From positions 16,064,816 to 16,128,815 of the forward strand of contig OZ316895.1 of assembly GCA_973895155.1 (NCBI GenBank): a DNA stretch of 64,000 nucleotides. Reading direction: 5' to 3'. The notes under the pieces were generated by a model, which worked only from the letters and a program-made list of their open reading frames with translations, did no database searches and was not told the DNA's origin. Shown here one piece after another: positions 25,304 through 37,636 of this stretch; the first letter of the stretch is position 1; every line of letters begins with the position of its first letter. Position numbers and translations under genes: made by a program. The stretch is from Marsupella aquatica. Lineage: Eukaryota; Plantae; Marchantiophyta.

Positions 25304-26930
25304 ATATCAAGGAAGTTATTTGCAATTCATGATTGAAACTTTGCTATCATTGATTCCCAAGGGTAAACCTCTCTTCCACTTGACGGCAAAGAGGATCAAT
25401 CGTCACGACAAGGAGACTCTCTACGATGGGGCTGACATTCCCAACCTGAGTCTGCACAAGAAGGCTGGTATATCTATCAGTTCTTGCTTTGGTAAATTGA
25501 ATGCAAAATTACGTAAGTTTGGCTCAGCATAATCAAGGTTCAAACGTCTGTAAATGACTTTCTCTGCTGGAGGGTTATATTTTCTAACCTTGATGGTCTT
25601 TAATCTAGATTTTTGGTGGTTTGCTGCTTACAGAGTAATGGAACTATAACGTAAAATTTGTTGAGTAATGTTTGTCATAAAACTACATTCAATCTTGTCC
25701 TCCATCATTGGGATCTGAAAAATTGATACTTATAGTAAGCAAAGGCACTCTAACTTGCACATTTCTATTCAATAGAATTCATCACTTGTTATCATAGAAA
25801 TGAATGACGACAATGAAATGATAGATCACGTCTCCTATGTCTCATTTATATGTTGTTAGAGTATTTCTGCTGTTCATTTTGAAATCCTAATCAAATTCAA
25901 TCTTTGGTGTCATTTGTTGTCAGCGTCTTCTGCTTTTTATTTCAACATCTTAAATAATTTGACATGTTGCGCAATGGTTGTCACAAACACTTCTTCTTGA
26001 AGAAGGAAAATCTCACGGGTGATGTTGAAGCTTACAATGCAAAATCTTTGTCAAAGGTTCCTCCAGCCCCGACTACGTTATCAAAGGTGATTTTGTCCAT
26101 CACGATTATTTCACAGTCTACAAACTAAGATGAATATATTATTGCCGAGGTACTTCCAACATTGCATCTTCTCCTATTTCTCATTTCTTCAGTGAATTCT
26201 GTAGCGCTCTTTGAGGAAGAGAGTTCATTGGTAGATGGATTGCAGATTTTATTTTCTTTTGCATTCCTTACATAGATGTGTTCATCAATCAAGAGAAAAA
26301 CCTTCACAAATTCACAAGAACTAGTAATGTGGCTGTGAAGGGAATAGCCCTTGAATGTCTTGGAAATTATTAATTTTCCAGTAGCCTCAATCCCTTCAGA
26401 CACCAACCAAAGCAAATCCTCATCTCAAAATTACATCAAATAATATTTTTACTTGCCTTTCCTCATTGGTGGTATATTGAGCTAGCTGTAAAATTTGTTG
26501 CAACAAACTTTCACTCAGAATGACTTTTAATTGGGTGTTATAGAAGCTGAGTGTCCAAATATCCAAGAATAAGATGTTACTAGGATTTGCAGTATGAATG
26601 ATTTATGCAACGGTTTGTCCATTTTTCCATGAGTTACATGGCATGGGAGTTCCAGAGAACCATTAAAAGACTTTTCAATTAGTTCGTTAATCCCTATTTG
26701 TTTTGTTTTCACAATGTCAAATTCGAAAGCATCCAGATTCACAGATAGTGTTCACATACTTCATACAATCACAATTATTGTTTTTGCGATATTGAATTCT
26801 ACTGCATCCAGATTCACAAATAGTGTTCACATAATTGATTTGATTGAACTCGGTGATTGAACCTGATTTAACTGTCTGTCGATCAGATCTTAAAATGCAG
26901 TATTCAACTTATAGGTGCCACTTTGCCTTA

Positions 26931-27043
26931 TGGTGTGCCACAACTGACAGAAAAAAACCCCTGCCTTTTCATGCACATCTTTCACCACGGACTTCCACGC
27001 TTCAGTTTGTTCTTCATTCCAAATGTCGGGGGTGCTTGGAAAT
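26931..27043 (-). pseudogene. Fragment of a 12-oxophytodienoate reductase (Old Yellow Enzyme family) exon
   Basis: Manual translation FPSTPDIWNEEQTEAWKSVVKDVHEKAGVFFCQLWHT versus the OPR pattern TPGIWT.EQVEAWK.IVDAVH.KGG.FFCQ.WH. Confidence 0.8.
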
Positions 27044-29419
27044 CTCGTGAATGATCTTGAGTGGCTTGATGATCTTGCACGGTGTCGGTCAATCTTTCTT
27101 GGCAGTTTCTTCTACGAATTAAGAGTGCCAGACAATGCAAGACCTCATGCGGCCGATGGTTTTCTCAATCATCTGCTACCAACATAGTTTTTCTTATCGT
27201 CCTTGTCTATTTCTTCTTATGGTGAATTTTAATCTCATGATCCCCAATTTTCATCTCGACATCCTCATCATTGGCGGCCCTTTGTTGCTTAGTAATGCCC
27301 CTGCCATCATTGCGCTTCTGGTAAGCGTTTCTCTCGCTATTCTCTACTCAATTGAATCAGAAGTCAGAATGAGGGTGGGCTTACTACTAAATGCACAATC
27401 GGTTACTCAAGGTAAATAAAATGGTTATTTGAAATAAATTTACATAACGTTTTATGGCATGGCGTCCTCAATTTTACCAAAAACTTGCAACAAACACGAA
27501 AGGTGGAGTAATATTATTTTGGAAACCAATCCATTCCTCTTTGCAGTGCACTATGATGATGTGGCATGCTATGGAGTCTTGAATTTTGGAAGGGACCTCT
27601 AATGGGGTCCGTAATGACTGTTCCCATTGCAATTGAAGGATACCAAAGTGAACAGTTGCAAGTTAAAAGTATTATTTGACCAATCTGAAAATTAATCATT
27701 TATATTTCTTTGCACATGGATAGACATCCAATACTGTTTGGGTCAGCTCTTGCTAGCTACCCTCAGGAATTCCAATTGACACTCAGTTGCATAGGATCTA
27801 CTAAAACCTTGGGGATCTCACTCTATGGAGCCCCCTATCACTTGCAACGTTTTCAGGCCTCAAACCCCCCTGAAATGTAAGAAAAAATAGTTTTTAACCC
27901 TACAAGATTGGAGTATTCTTGAAATAATCCAATTTTCATTTAAAATATCATAATGTTCTTATATAAGTCTCAAAATTGGATTTAACAGACCCTAATATTC
28001 TTCCCAAAAAATGGGCAAATATTCTCTTACAACCAATTTAAAAAACACTATCTTTTAATTGCACATGATGTGTTATTTTTGTGGAAGTGAAACCCCAAGA
28101 GTGAAAGTTATTAAATAACTAGGATTACATTATTTAATCTTAAAAAACAAAGTTATATTGGGATTCCATCCAAACTATGGTTCAAAGAGAGGTGATCGAC
28201 CCCGAAGGTGACTATAAATTATTTAATAACTAAATCTAGTTTATGACCAAAAAATTATTCATATAGATTATCCTGTGTGACTCAAAAACAAAGGCCTGTT
28301 TAAGTCACTTTGAAAATAAGTGGGCCTTTTTACGTGAACCTTTACAAAGAGGAGCCCTTGTTAATCTATTTCAATTGGGGAGTGGGCTTAATTTTTTAAG
28401 AGCTTGGGGGTATGTCACCCAGGATTTTGCCATCCAACTCTTAGATCTAGAATCAAACAGTTGAAATTGAGTCATCAATTCTCACTTGACACAAAAATAC
28501 AGATAATTGCAACTTGACTCAATTTTCACTTACTACATGTAAGTGCACTTATATGATTGATACACAGTGTATAAGTGGAGTGGGACATGTATACTTGGGA
28601 GCTCGCAGACTCAGTAGACTTGTGTAAATATTGCTAGTTCAACCAATAGTGCTCATTTAATAGGTTTCAGCGTCCAAGCTTTTTGAAGCTCAAAGGTAAG
28701 AGCCCCTAGAAATGGCAATAACGTTTTCCCTATTTGCCTCTCCAAATGTAATGTAGATGGACACTTGGTTCATCCCTCGGCATTGCAACAATGTCTAATT
28801 AGTTGGGGTTAACTTAGTATATTTTTAGGACAACACTTAGTGGGAACCTGACCTACTTAAATTATCCCTATCGATCCTATAAAGAATATGTTGTCCAAAT
28901 ATCACATTTTGAATTCTAAATGATATATTTTACTTTATATACGGTTTGCAACAATGCTTAGTCTTTGTAAACGCTGTATTCTTATTTTTTACAATTTGTA
29001 AAATTATAGCCAAAGTATAATAAAAACACTTAATATTTTGTCTTGCACATGATGCCTGCAATTCTTTAAAGCTTACCCCTAATGTTGTATATTACTCACC
29101 TGGCAGTCACACCCTCTTGGACCCAAATAGTATGGATGTACGACTCACATGCCATGCATATCACGGGTCCATTTATTTGTCTATTATGGTACAAACATAT
29201 ATTATAGCATGCTCATCCTGGAACATGCTTGATATTTTGTCTTGTAGTGATATGTAAATGGGTCAAATAAGAGAGTAGAACTGTCTAGAATGGGACATGC
29301 AAAGAAAAGCAAATATGACCAATGAAAAATACAATTACAGTAAGATGCTATGACACAAAGGCACTACTATGTGTGCACTTAATTCAATGTGCCTTATTAA
29401 TGTCACTTAATTCAATAAA

Positions 29420-30198
29420 TAAATTTTTACTATCCTGTCCCCCAAACTGAGCTAAATTACTAATCTACCCCCAAAATTATTTTAATTGTTAGGTTGCCCC
29501 CCCCCCCCATACTGTATTTATGGGTTACATTAACTGTTTTAGTTAAGCCCAGGTGATTTCTCATTGGTGGACTAACACATGACGAGGCGCTACTGGCTCC
29601 GCCTTACCCTGGCCGAGTTTACCCTCACCCGACTAGCTCTTTCCCATTGTTTGAAAGAGTCTTGCACCAAACAGGGCTGGCCCCTCCCCTTCGCAAGTTC
29701 AATCCCAACCCTGGTGACCTGGCTAGCTGGGTGCTGCAATTTCCCTTTCAAAAACACCATGGGTCTCACACTCCATCGGGGCCTGATGATCCGGTGGTCC
29801 TCATGATGCACCTGACTCCCACTTTTCTGATGGAAAGAGGCCCCAAAAGTCTACATATTTTCCATGCGTGAACAAACCCACATTTGGGCTTACCGCCTGA
29901 TTCGAGCTGGGTCATCAGGATTGAAACTCGGGAGGGGGACAGGCCAGCCCTGTTTGGTGTAGGGCTCATTCTAAAAAATGGGAAAGAGTCAGCCAGGTGA
30001 GAATAAACCCGGCCAGTGTAAGGCAGGGCCAATAGTGCCTTGCCATGTGTCAGTCCACCAATCAGAAATCAAGTGGGATTAACTAAAACATTTAATGTAA
30101 CCCATAAATACAATATGGGGGAAACCTAACATTTAAAATAATTTTGGGGGTAGGTTAGTAATTTAGCTCAGTTTGGGGGACAAGATAGTACAAAGTTG
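29420..30198. mobile_element. Non-autonomous MULE-type element, ~175-bp TIRs, 9-bp TSD TTCAATAAA
   Basis: TSD at 29411-29419 and 30199-30207. TACTATCCTGTCCCCCAAACTGAGCTAAATTACTAA pairs with TTAGTAATTTAGCTCAGTTTGGGGGACAAGATAGTA. Confidence 0.9.
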
Positions 30199-30706
30199 TT
30201 CAATAAAAACCATAAACTTAGGGACGAAAGTCATGAGGGGAACTTAAGACACCATGTGTTCAGGTTTATTTAGAATCATTTTTCTCTCTCATGAGAAGAC
30301 TTAAAAACTTTGTTCAAGTGATAGAAATTAAATTCATTGAGATTAAAAATTGAGAGGGCTGCCACAATGAGTTCAAAATTCTCTAAGATAACAAAACTTA
30401 AAGGGGTTCAAAAATTAATTAAAATCTATGTAATACAAAGGATGCCCCTTGCTAAGGCACATTGAATTAAAAATACATGACAAAAAATTTATGAATAAGA
30501 CAAAATATGAAAAGTACATTCACCGTATAGCATGCTCATCCTGGAACATGCTTTATTTTTTGTCTTGTAGTGATCTGAAAATAAATAAAATATGAGAGCA
30601 TAGAAATGCTGTTATATAAGTAAAGTGCCCAAGAAAAGCACAGTGACCAAGAAAAGGAACAGTCAAACGATGCTACGATGTGTGACATGAATGAGCCACT
30701 TAACTC

Positions 30707-32076
30707 GAGAGATATACTTAGTGGACCTCCAAATGTAACTTGTTTTCCTAATGGACCAAAAGTTGCACACGCCCTCCCAATGGACCTCCGGGCCCACCAG
30801 AGGTGCCATTTTGTGTGAGATGTTCTTCTAACACATTGTGTAGTTTTTATAACGCGAGATTGTCACTGTAAAACACAGCATGTTCTACTGTTCTTCAGTG
30901 TCCGACCGCATCGCCAAACGCGGTCGACTACAATCGCAGTTCCGAGTGAATCAATGTATCCCACAATGTATACATTGACCACAATGCATACAAACATGAA
31001 CCGTCACTTTGGTGGGGGGCGTTTTCGTAAAGTTGGAGGGACAATTTTTTTTTCTAAGTGTGAAATCCGAATACAACTTTCAAAGTGTATACATGACAAG
31101 TCATATCTCTGTGTTGTAATACAATAGGTTTTGTCCATTTGGGCAGGCTTCGGAGGGGCTTCGGAGGGGGGCGTCTTCGTAAAGTCAGAGTGACAAAGTT
31201 TTTGTCTAAGTGTGAAATCTAAATACAGCGTGCAAAGTGTATACATGACAAATCATATTTCTATGTTGAAATACAATAGGTTTTGCCCATTTGAGCAGGC
31301 TTCGGCGGGGAAGGGGGGGCATCTTCGTAAAGTCGGAGGGACAAATTTTTTCCTAAGTGTGAAAATCCGAATACAACGTGCAAAGTGTATACATGACAAA
31401 TCATATTTTTGTGTTGTAATATAATAAGTTTTGTCCATTTGGGAAGGCTTCGACAAGGGGGTGTCTTCGTCGTAAAGTCAGGGGAAATGTGCATACAACA
31501 TGCATATTGTATGCAAGACACACATTTATCGTTCTATGTTGAACAGGTTTTGGTTTTGTTGAATATAGCAAGCCTTATTGCCTGTATGTAAGGCAGGGGA
31601 GTCCTAACTTTGTTTAGGTGCGATCTTTGAATACAGTGTCCACTATGTATCCAAAGCAGACGCAACCTAGAATCGCGACGTGTCATTGCATGCGTAGAGT
31701 AAATACATTGACCATGTTGTATTCTTCCGATTGTTCTAGATTGCGGCTATTGTAGTTTGAATACAATAGCTATATTGTATTCACAAAAACTAGGAAGCCA
31801 TCATGTTGCCACACTCGATTGCGACCAGGGCTACGACGCTTGTGGACTGCGACGTTATTGATAGCCTACTACACATGACCAACCACGGTGTCCACAGGGT
31901 ATGTAGTGGACCTGAACTGTGTGGCAAGGTGTTTCATAAGAACATGCTTGTACAGAGTGGGCCCGGGGGTCCATTGGGAGAGAATCTAAACATTGAGGTC
32001 CACTGGGAGGGCGTGTGCAACTTTTGGTCCATTAAGAGAAAAAGTTGCATTTGGAGGTCCACTAAGTATATATCTC
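30707..32076. mobile_element. Non-autonomous MULE-type element, GAGA- TIRs (>80 bp), 10-bp TSD CACTTAACTC
   Basis: TSD at 30697-30706 and 32077-32086. GAGAGATATACTTAGTGGACCTCCAAATG pairs with CATTTGGAGGTCCACTAAGTATATATCTC. Confidence 0.92.
31015..31480. repeat. ~150-bp tandem repeat, 3 units plus a partial, inside the MULE
   Basis: TTCGTAAAGT...CTAAGTGTGAAA...CAAAGTGTATACATGACAA...GGCTTCG repeated. Confidence 0.9.
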
Positions 32077-33692
32077 CACTTAACTCAGGGTGCCTTATGA
32101 ATGACCCGCCTTTCAATAAAAACCATAAACCTAGGAAAGAAAAACATGAGGAGAACTTAAGAGGCTATGCATTCATGTTCTTCAACATCATTTCTCCCAC
32201 TCGTGGTGGTGGAGCCTTTGGTTTCATCTCTAAGAAACTCTAAGAAAACACATACTGTGAAAGGGGGCTGCCAAAATAAGTTCAAAACATTCTAGAATAC
32301 CTAAAACTAAAGGGGTCTAAAAATTAATTAAAAATGTATAGAATACAAAGGCTGCCCCTTGATAAGGCAAATTGAATTGAAAATACATAACACAAAAATC
32401 TGAATAAGACAAAATCTGAAATGTGCATTCACCATTATAGCAGCTTCAACATATACATGACATCTCATGCAACATGAATCATTTTCCTAGGAGCATGCAA
32501 CAGTTGGACCAAGGGCTTTTGTCTACATGCACCCAACTACCGACCCCACACCCACTCTATACCCTTCACAAACATCCTACTCCTAATGTGGAATGGATGG
32601 GGAAATGGAACCTTAGACCATTTCCAATGCCCGGTGTCACTGGAGGTCAACCCCACTCAAGTATTTGGGGTCCAATGACTTGAGGGCAGCTTTGCAAGAC
32701 ATTGGGGGCAGTGTTCTCTTTTTCTGGTCTCCAAGATGTGATTGGGGCAGTCCATTTGGGAGACAGTATTTCAAGTCACTTTACAAAACGTACGTTCGGG
32801 CAGTTTTTTCCTAAACTGTTGCCATGCTACATGGAATGGAGTAGGGCCCAAGTTTTCTTCTGTGGACCTCAGTTTTGACCTAGATTTTAGACCACCTTTG
32901 TTGGAGTTATGTTTATCTGGCGCATTCTTATTTTATTTTCACATTTTGCACTAAAGTGGACCCAGAGGCCCCTTACATCAGACTTTTCTTGTCAGGGCAA
33001 GAAGGGCGCCAGCGAAAGGAGTATGTGACTTCTAAGGTGGAGTAGGTCTCCAACATGCCTTTTAGCAAATTACTCCAACCACTTGCGAATGGCCACCTTT
33101 TTGAACGGGGTTTGAACAAGCTTATTGAATAGGCACACCTGACCGGTTTAAGAAAATTGCTATTTTTGTGTATTTTGCACTTGCGGGAGGAAAAACCAAA
33201 ATACAGTCATTGCCTGATATATATTGGTTAAAAATACTATCGAATGTGTTCTTTGTCATTTGCACAAAGAGCAAAAAGATACCTGATAAAACTTGTTAAC
33301 TCTTGAAAATGCATTAAAATTACTGGATGGATAGTGAAGGGCTATGGGGTGGAGGCTAGGAGAGCTATGTGCTGGAGGCTGGAGGGCTATGGGGTAGTGG
33401 AGGCCGAGAGCTATGGGGGGTACTGTCCTGTTGGCAAGAGAGCTATGGGATGGAAGGAATAGTCAATTTTATGTAATATAACTTTATAAGACCAGATTTT
33501 TATTTTTGGGGGTATCAGTCCTCTTTGTTTGGGAAACATTGATTCTTCGAGGGTTGTAGGTATAGCCAATCGGGTGGTGGGCACAATGACCGGAAGGATA
33601 GCTAAGGCAATACACATACTTTTTACAGAAAAAGGCCAAATAGAGTACAAAAGAATAAACAAGAGAGGTCCCAAGTGGACAAAACCAAACGC

Positions 33693-33792
33693 AAAAGAAG
33701 TGAGCAAAAGAAAACCCTAAAAACCAAGAAAGAGGAACTAAAAGAAGTGAGCAAAAGGAAACCCCTAAAAACCAAGAAAGAGGAACTAAAAC
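33693..33792. repeat. ~48-bp tandem duplication in the retrotransposon 3'UTR with an AAACCCTAAA motif
   Basis: AAAAGAAGTGAGCAAAAG.AAACCC(C)TAAAAACCAAGAAAGAGGAACT occurs twice. Confidence 0.9.
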
Positions 33793-33843
33793 TACCGCAA
33801 ATGGACCGAGGTCCTCATCATACCTAGCAAATGTGGCAACAAG

Positions 33844-36800
33844 CTAGTGGTCTACATCAAGTGTCGAAACTAGATCGGCAAGTGGGACAGGAATGTCCTC
33901 GAGGGGGGCTAGCCGCTGCGGAGTCACACTAGCACCCACTGTCAGAGATCGACGATAGACGGCCCGAGCTTGAGCATGTTGTAAGGTGACTGAAATGCGT
34001 TGGCGAAAGTGCGTGGTCAAAACAGATAGCGGGGGCCCGGTGGGACCCATCCGACCGTGAACATCCCGAGCAGCTTGGCGAAGAAGCCCGTCGAACTGAT
34101 GATGGAGACGCCCAAATATCTCAAGAGCAAGGGGCAGGAAGCTATCAGATGAAGCTAGTGCAGCATATTTGGCCTCCTTCGTTGTTGCTGCTCGTGATGC
34201 TGCTGCCCCTGCCGTTGTTGCCGCTGTCCCAATGATGTCTTGGCGCAATGGGTTTGCCACCACTACATCTGCCAAAGTACGGTGACCGTCACGGACCATG
34301 GTAAGATCCACCCGTAACCGTTGTGATGGAGGACCAGGTAACTCGAGCACCACCTCCCGCCGCGCGTAGACCAAAGAGCCAGAGAGAACCTGAGCAGTCG
34401 CATCTCTCACAGCGTCGTGAACAAAAATGGTTTCGCCGCCCAAACTGCATCAAAGAAGATGGACACCTGTGGCATCACAAGGCTTCCCACAAGTGCAAGT
34501 AGGAGGTAAACCAGCAAGAAGTGGGTGGGGCAAGCCCATACGAAGACGCATGGCTGTCGCAAACTCCGCTGAAGACATCCGCAGGTGATGAATGACTGGA
34601 TTAGCCTGAAGCCAGCCTCCTGCGCCCTTCCCTCCGGAAGAAAGAATCCGAGCTCGGTCCGTGTCAGGTGCCTCGGTGAGGATGCTGGAAAGGGTGAAAG
34701 CGTGCATACGCCCAGCAAGGTCTGCCTGAAGACGGACGGGGTCCAAGGATAAAAACTCCTGGAATGAAGGTAACGCAGCTCGAATAGGATCGGGTAATGA
34801 TGACCGCGCCGTGCGCAAATGAACCTGAAATGGGAGGGAACCCTCCTCAACCTCCATGAGAGATGAAAGTAAAAAAGGTCGATCCTCAGTAAGGAAACGA
34901 TCTGCCAACAATGAGAAGGCGGCCCACGCGCCCAAGAAGGCCAAAGGTGCAAGGCGCTCAGTGGAAGTAAGCCCAAAACCACCGTGAGAAATAGGAAGAC
35001 TGAGCTGTCGATGAAGCCACGGAGATGAGAGTAAAGTACCTGGCCCTAAAAGAGAGGCCAAAGTCTCACGAATGGAGACATCAAACGCTTGGAGGTGTAG
35101 ATAAAGATCCTCGGTAGGGGGATGTGTCCGAGCCAAATAGGACGCACGAGGGTGGATGCATCTCAACAACAACCCAAATGCTGCCTGAGAGTCTGCCAAC
35201 TTAGGGAGCATAGGAGTAGGGGCTAAGGCAGCCTGGAGAGCATCAGCAATGAAAGATGAGCAAAAGGAGGTGGTACCGACTGGGGAGCCAAGGACCCGAA
35301 GACCGTCGGCAGGACGTAAGAACCCAGGGGGAAGCGCAAGATCAGAGGGTAACCCAGCTGGACTCCATGCACGACTCTTCACCGGCTGAACTCGTAAACC
35401 GAGGCCCAACAAATGGGTGGAAAGGGTGGCGAGGGCAGAAGTAACAGCAACAGGTGGACCAATGATGTGGGTGTCATCTGAAAGGGAGGGGAAGATACAC
35501 TGGGGGTGGGCCGCGGAGGCTTCTCGTAAAGTAGTAAAATGGGCAATGGCAAAAAGAGGCCCACCCAAAGGGTCACCCTGACGTGTACCTTCTGCAGAAG
35601 AAAGAGTGGTATACACTCCTGTAGAGGTGTGATGACTATAGAAGAGGGGGGCCTCGAACCCATAAAAACAACGGACAAAGGGGATAAGGGACTGGATGTC
35701 TGGATCCGCTGCCCTCAAAGCACGAAAAATTGCTGCCCGAGAAACCGTATTGAAAGCATTGGAGACATCAACCTGGAGGACAACCCAATCAGGGTGGAGG
35801 TCCAAGGTAGTACGAATACCCGCAATAACTGTCTCACAACTGCCAGGAACGCCCACTGCAAACTGATGTGGAGAGAGATGATCCGATAGTGCAGAGCGAT
35901 ACTGCGATGAAAGTGCGCGAGACACCAGACGAAGAAAAACCTCTCCAATAGCTATGGGCCGAACACCCGGTGAAGACTTAGCCATGGCCAATAAACGAGA
36001 AGCACTCAAAAGCCGAGAGACGGGAGGAGGTAAACGGCCGGTAGCAATACACTGGCAAAGGGAGAAAAAAACTGGAAAACCAGACTGAGGATCCTCAGGG
36101 GGGAATAAATCACGAAAATGCTCAAAGACATAGCCAGAGGGGCCACCAGCCGTGCAACGCGGAGCATGGAGGAAAGCATAGGTGAAGTGGTCCCTACTAA
36201 ACTGAAGATCCTCCTCAGGCTCAAAATCCTCCACGAACAAAGGGAGCTGATCATAGGGCTGCGGATGGAGATCCTGAAGGGCCGTCAAGGTGACCTCGCC
36301 AGGGGGGGCTGGTGTGGTGGGAGATAGGGCCTGGACTGCACGACGATATTCACCAGCCTGGGCTAAACGACAAGAGCGACGAAGGCGTCTGTGCTCTGGA
36401 GGATGAGAGTGGCAAGCTGGGTCAGACAAAGCACGGGTAGTAAAGGAACGGGCTCGAAGAAAGTACTCTTCCTGAAGCTGTTCCCAATCTCCCCGCAGAA
36501 AACGATGGATACGAGAGGCAGTCTCACGATGACCCACGCGACCACCGTGACTAGGGAGGGTAAGAGTCCACTGTGGAAAAAGCATGAGTAAAGACCAATA
36601 GGAGACCTCGATAGGATGCGCCAAGATAAGCTGCATGAGTTGCAACAAGGATGACCGAACTAATGGGCGCAACGCTAGTGGGATGTGGTTATAAAGGCGA
36701 GGTCTAATGTACCCTGGATGGTAGGCTGGAAGGGGGTCTAGAGAGCGAACCCAACTCCATGCCTGCTCGGAAGCCTCCAAGGAAGGAGGGGCAGAGCTAA

Positions 36801-37636
36801 CTGGGTCAAGAGGGGGCTGGGATTGGGCTTGCTAGCGACGTTGGCACCGGCCCCGCCCACGGTGATGAGGAAGGGAGAGGCCAACCCAACCACACTCAGG
36901 ACAAGTATGCAGGGGACGCTCGTCTGGGGAGGGAGCAGGGAACGACTGGACCGGAGGTGGGGGGCGGAACCGACGTGGATGAAGAGGCCGGAGGGGGATG
37001 CTGGAGGGGTGGAGGGGGAATGGGCTGGGGAGAGGAGCCAGGGCGTCGATGGGGTGGGCAGTAGACTAGGGGGACTGGTAGAACATCGGGCATGGGGTCA
37101 TCACGAAGATGAGAGAGATCCAATGAAGAAGAGCAAACACGAAGGCGACCACGAGGCGGGGGGGAGGAGGGGGGAGAACTGTGTGGGGGGGCTGGGCACT
37201 TGCCCCGCGCCAACACTCTCAACGTAGACATGACAGGTCGCAACCCGATAAAAGCAAAAGCGCATCAAGAAGCGACAAAAGGCCCAACCAAGACATGTGA
37301 AAAGAAAGGGAAGGCTATGGAGAGAGCCCACCGCGTCAAAATCCGAGAAGCGGCGCCACCGCTAGCCTAGAAAACCGTTGAGCACGTGCAGGCACAGCCG
37401 GGAACAAAGCTGGAACTCTCGTCGATGTGTCCGTTGAGGTGTCGATGCGAGTGAATATCTCTCCGCTGATTTGAGCGTGCTGCGACAGCTCCCAAAGATG
37501 GTGGAATGCAAACTGGTCCACTAAACTTGGCAAAAACCACCTTGTCAGAACTGAAGAAGAAAGGCAACCACCAATCAGAGGAGAAACGTGGCAAGACAGG
37601 AATGCTCCAAAGCTGATCAAGGGAAACCGTCACCAA
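33844..37636 (-). pseudogene. RT-RLE polyprotein of the CRE-like element, disrupted
   Basis: The 776-aa and 199-aa ORFs are in the same frame, separated by one TGA (34450-34452). Further stops and frameshifts lie in the Pro-rich/Cys-His N-terminal part. Confidence 0.85.

Larger units (their letters stand above)
29205..32445. repeat. Two tandem copies of repeat family A, each interrupted by a MULE
   Basis: Homologous to 10730-11235 once the inserts are removed; units start at ~29205 and ~30528. Confidence 0.8.

Noticed and set aside
34450-34452. In-frame TGA as programmed readthrough or an editing site
   Set aside because: It falls inside the CCHC knuckle and other stops exist upstream; a CpG transition is the simpler explanation.
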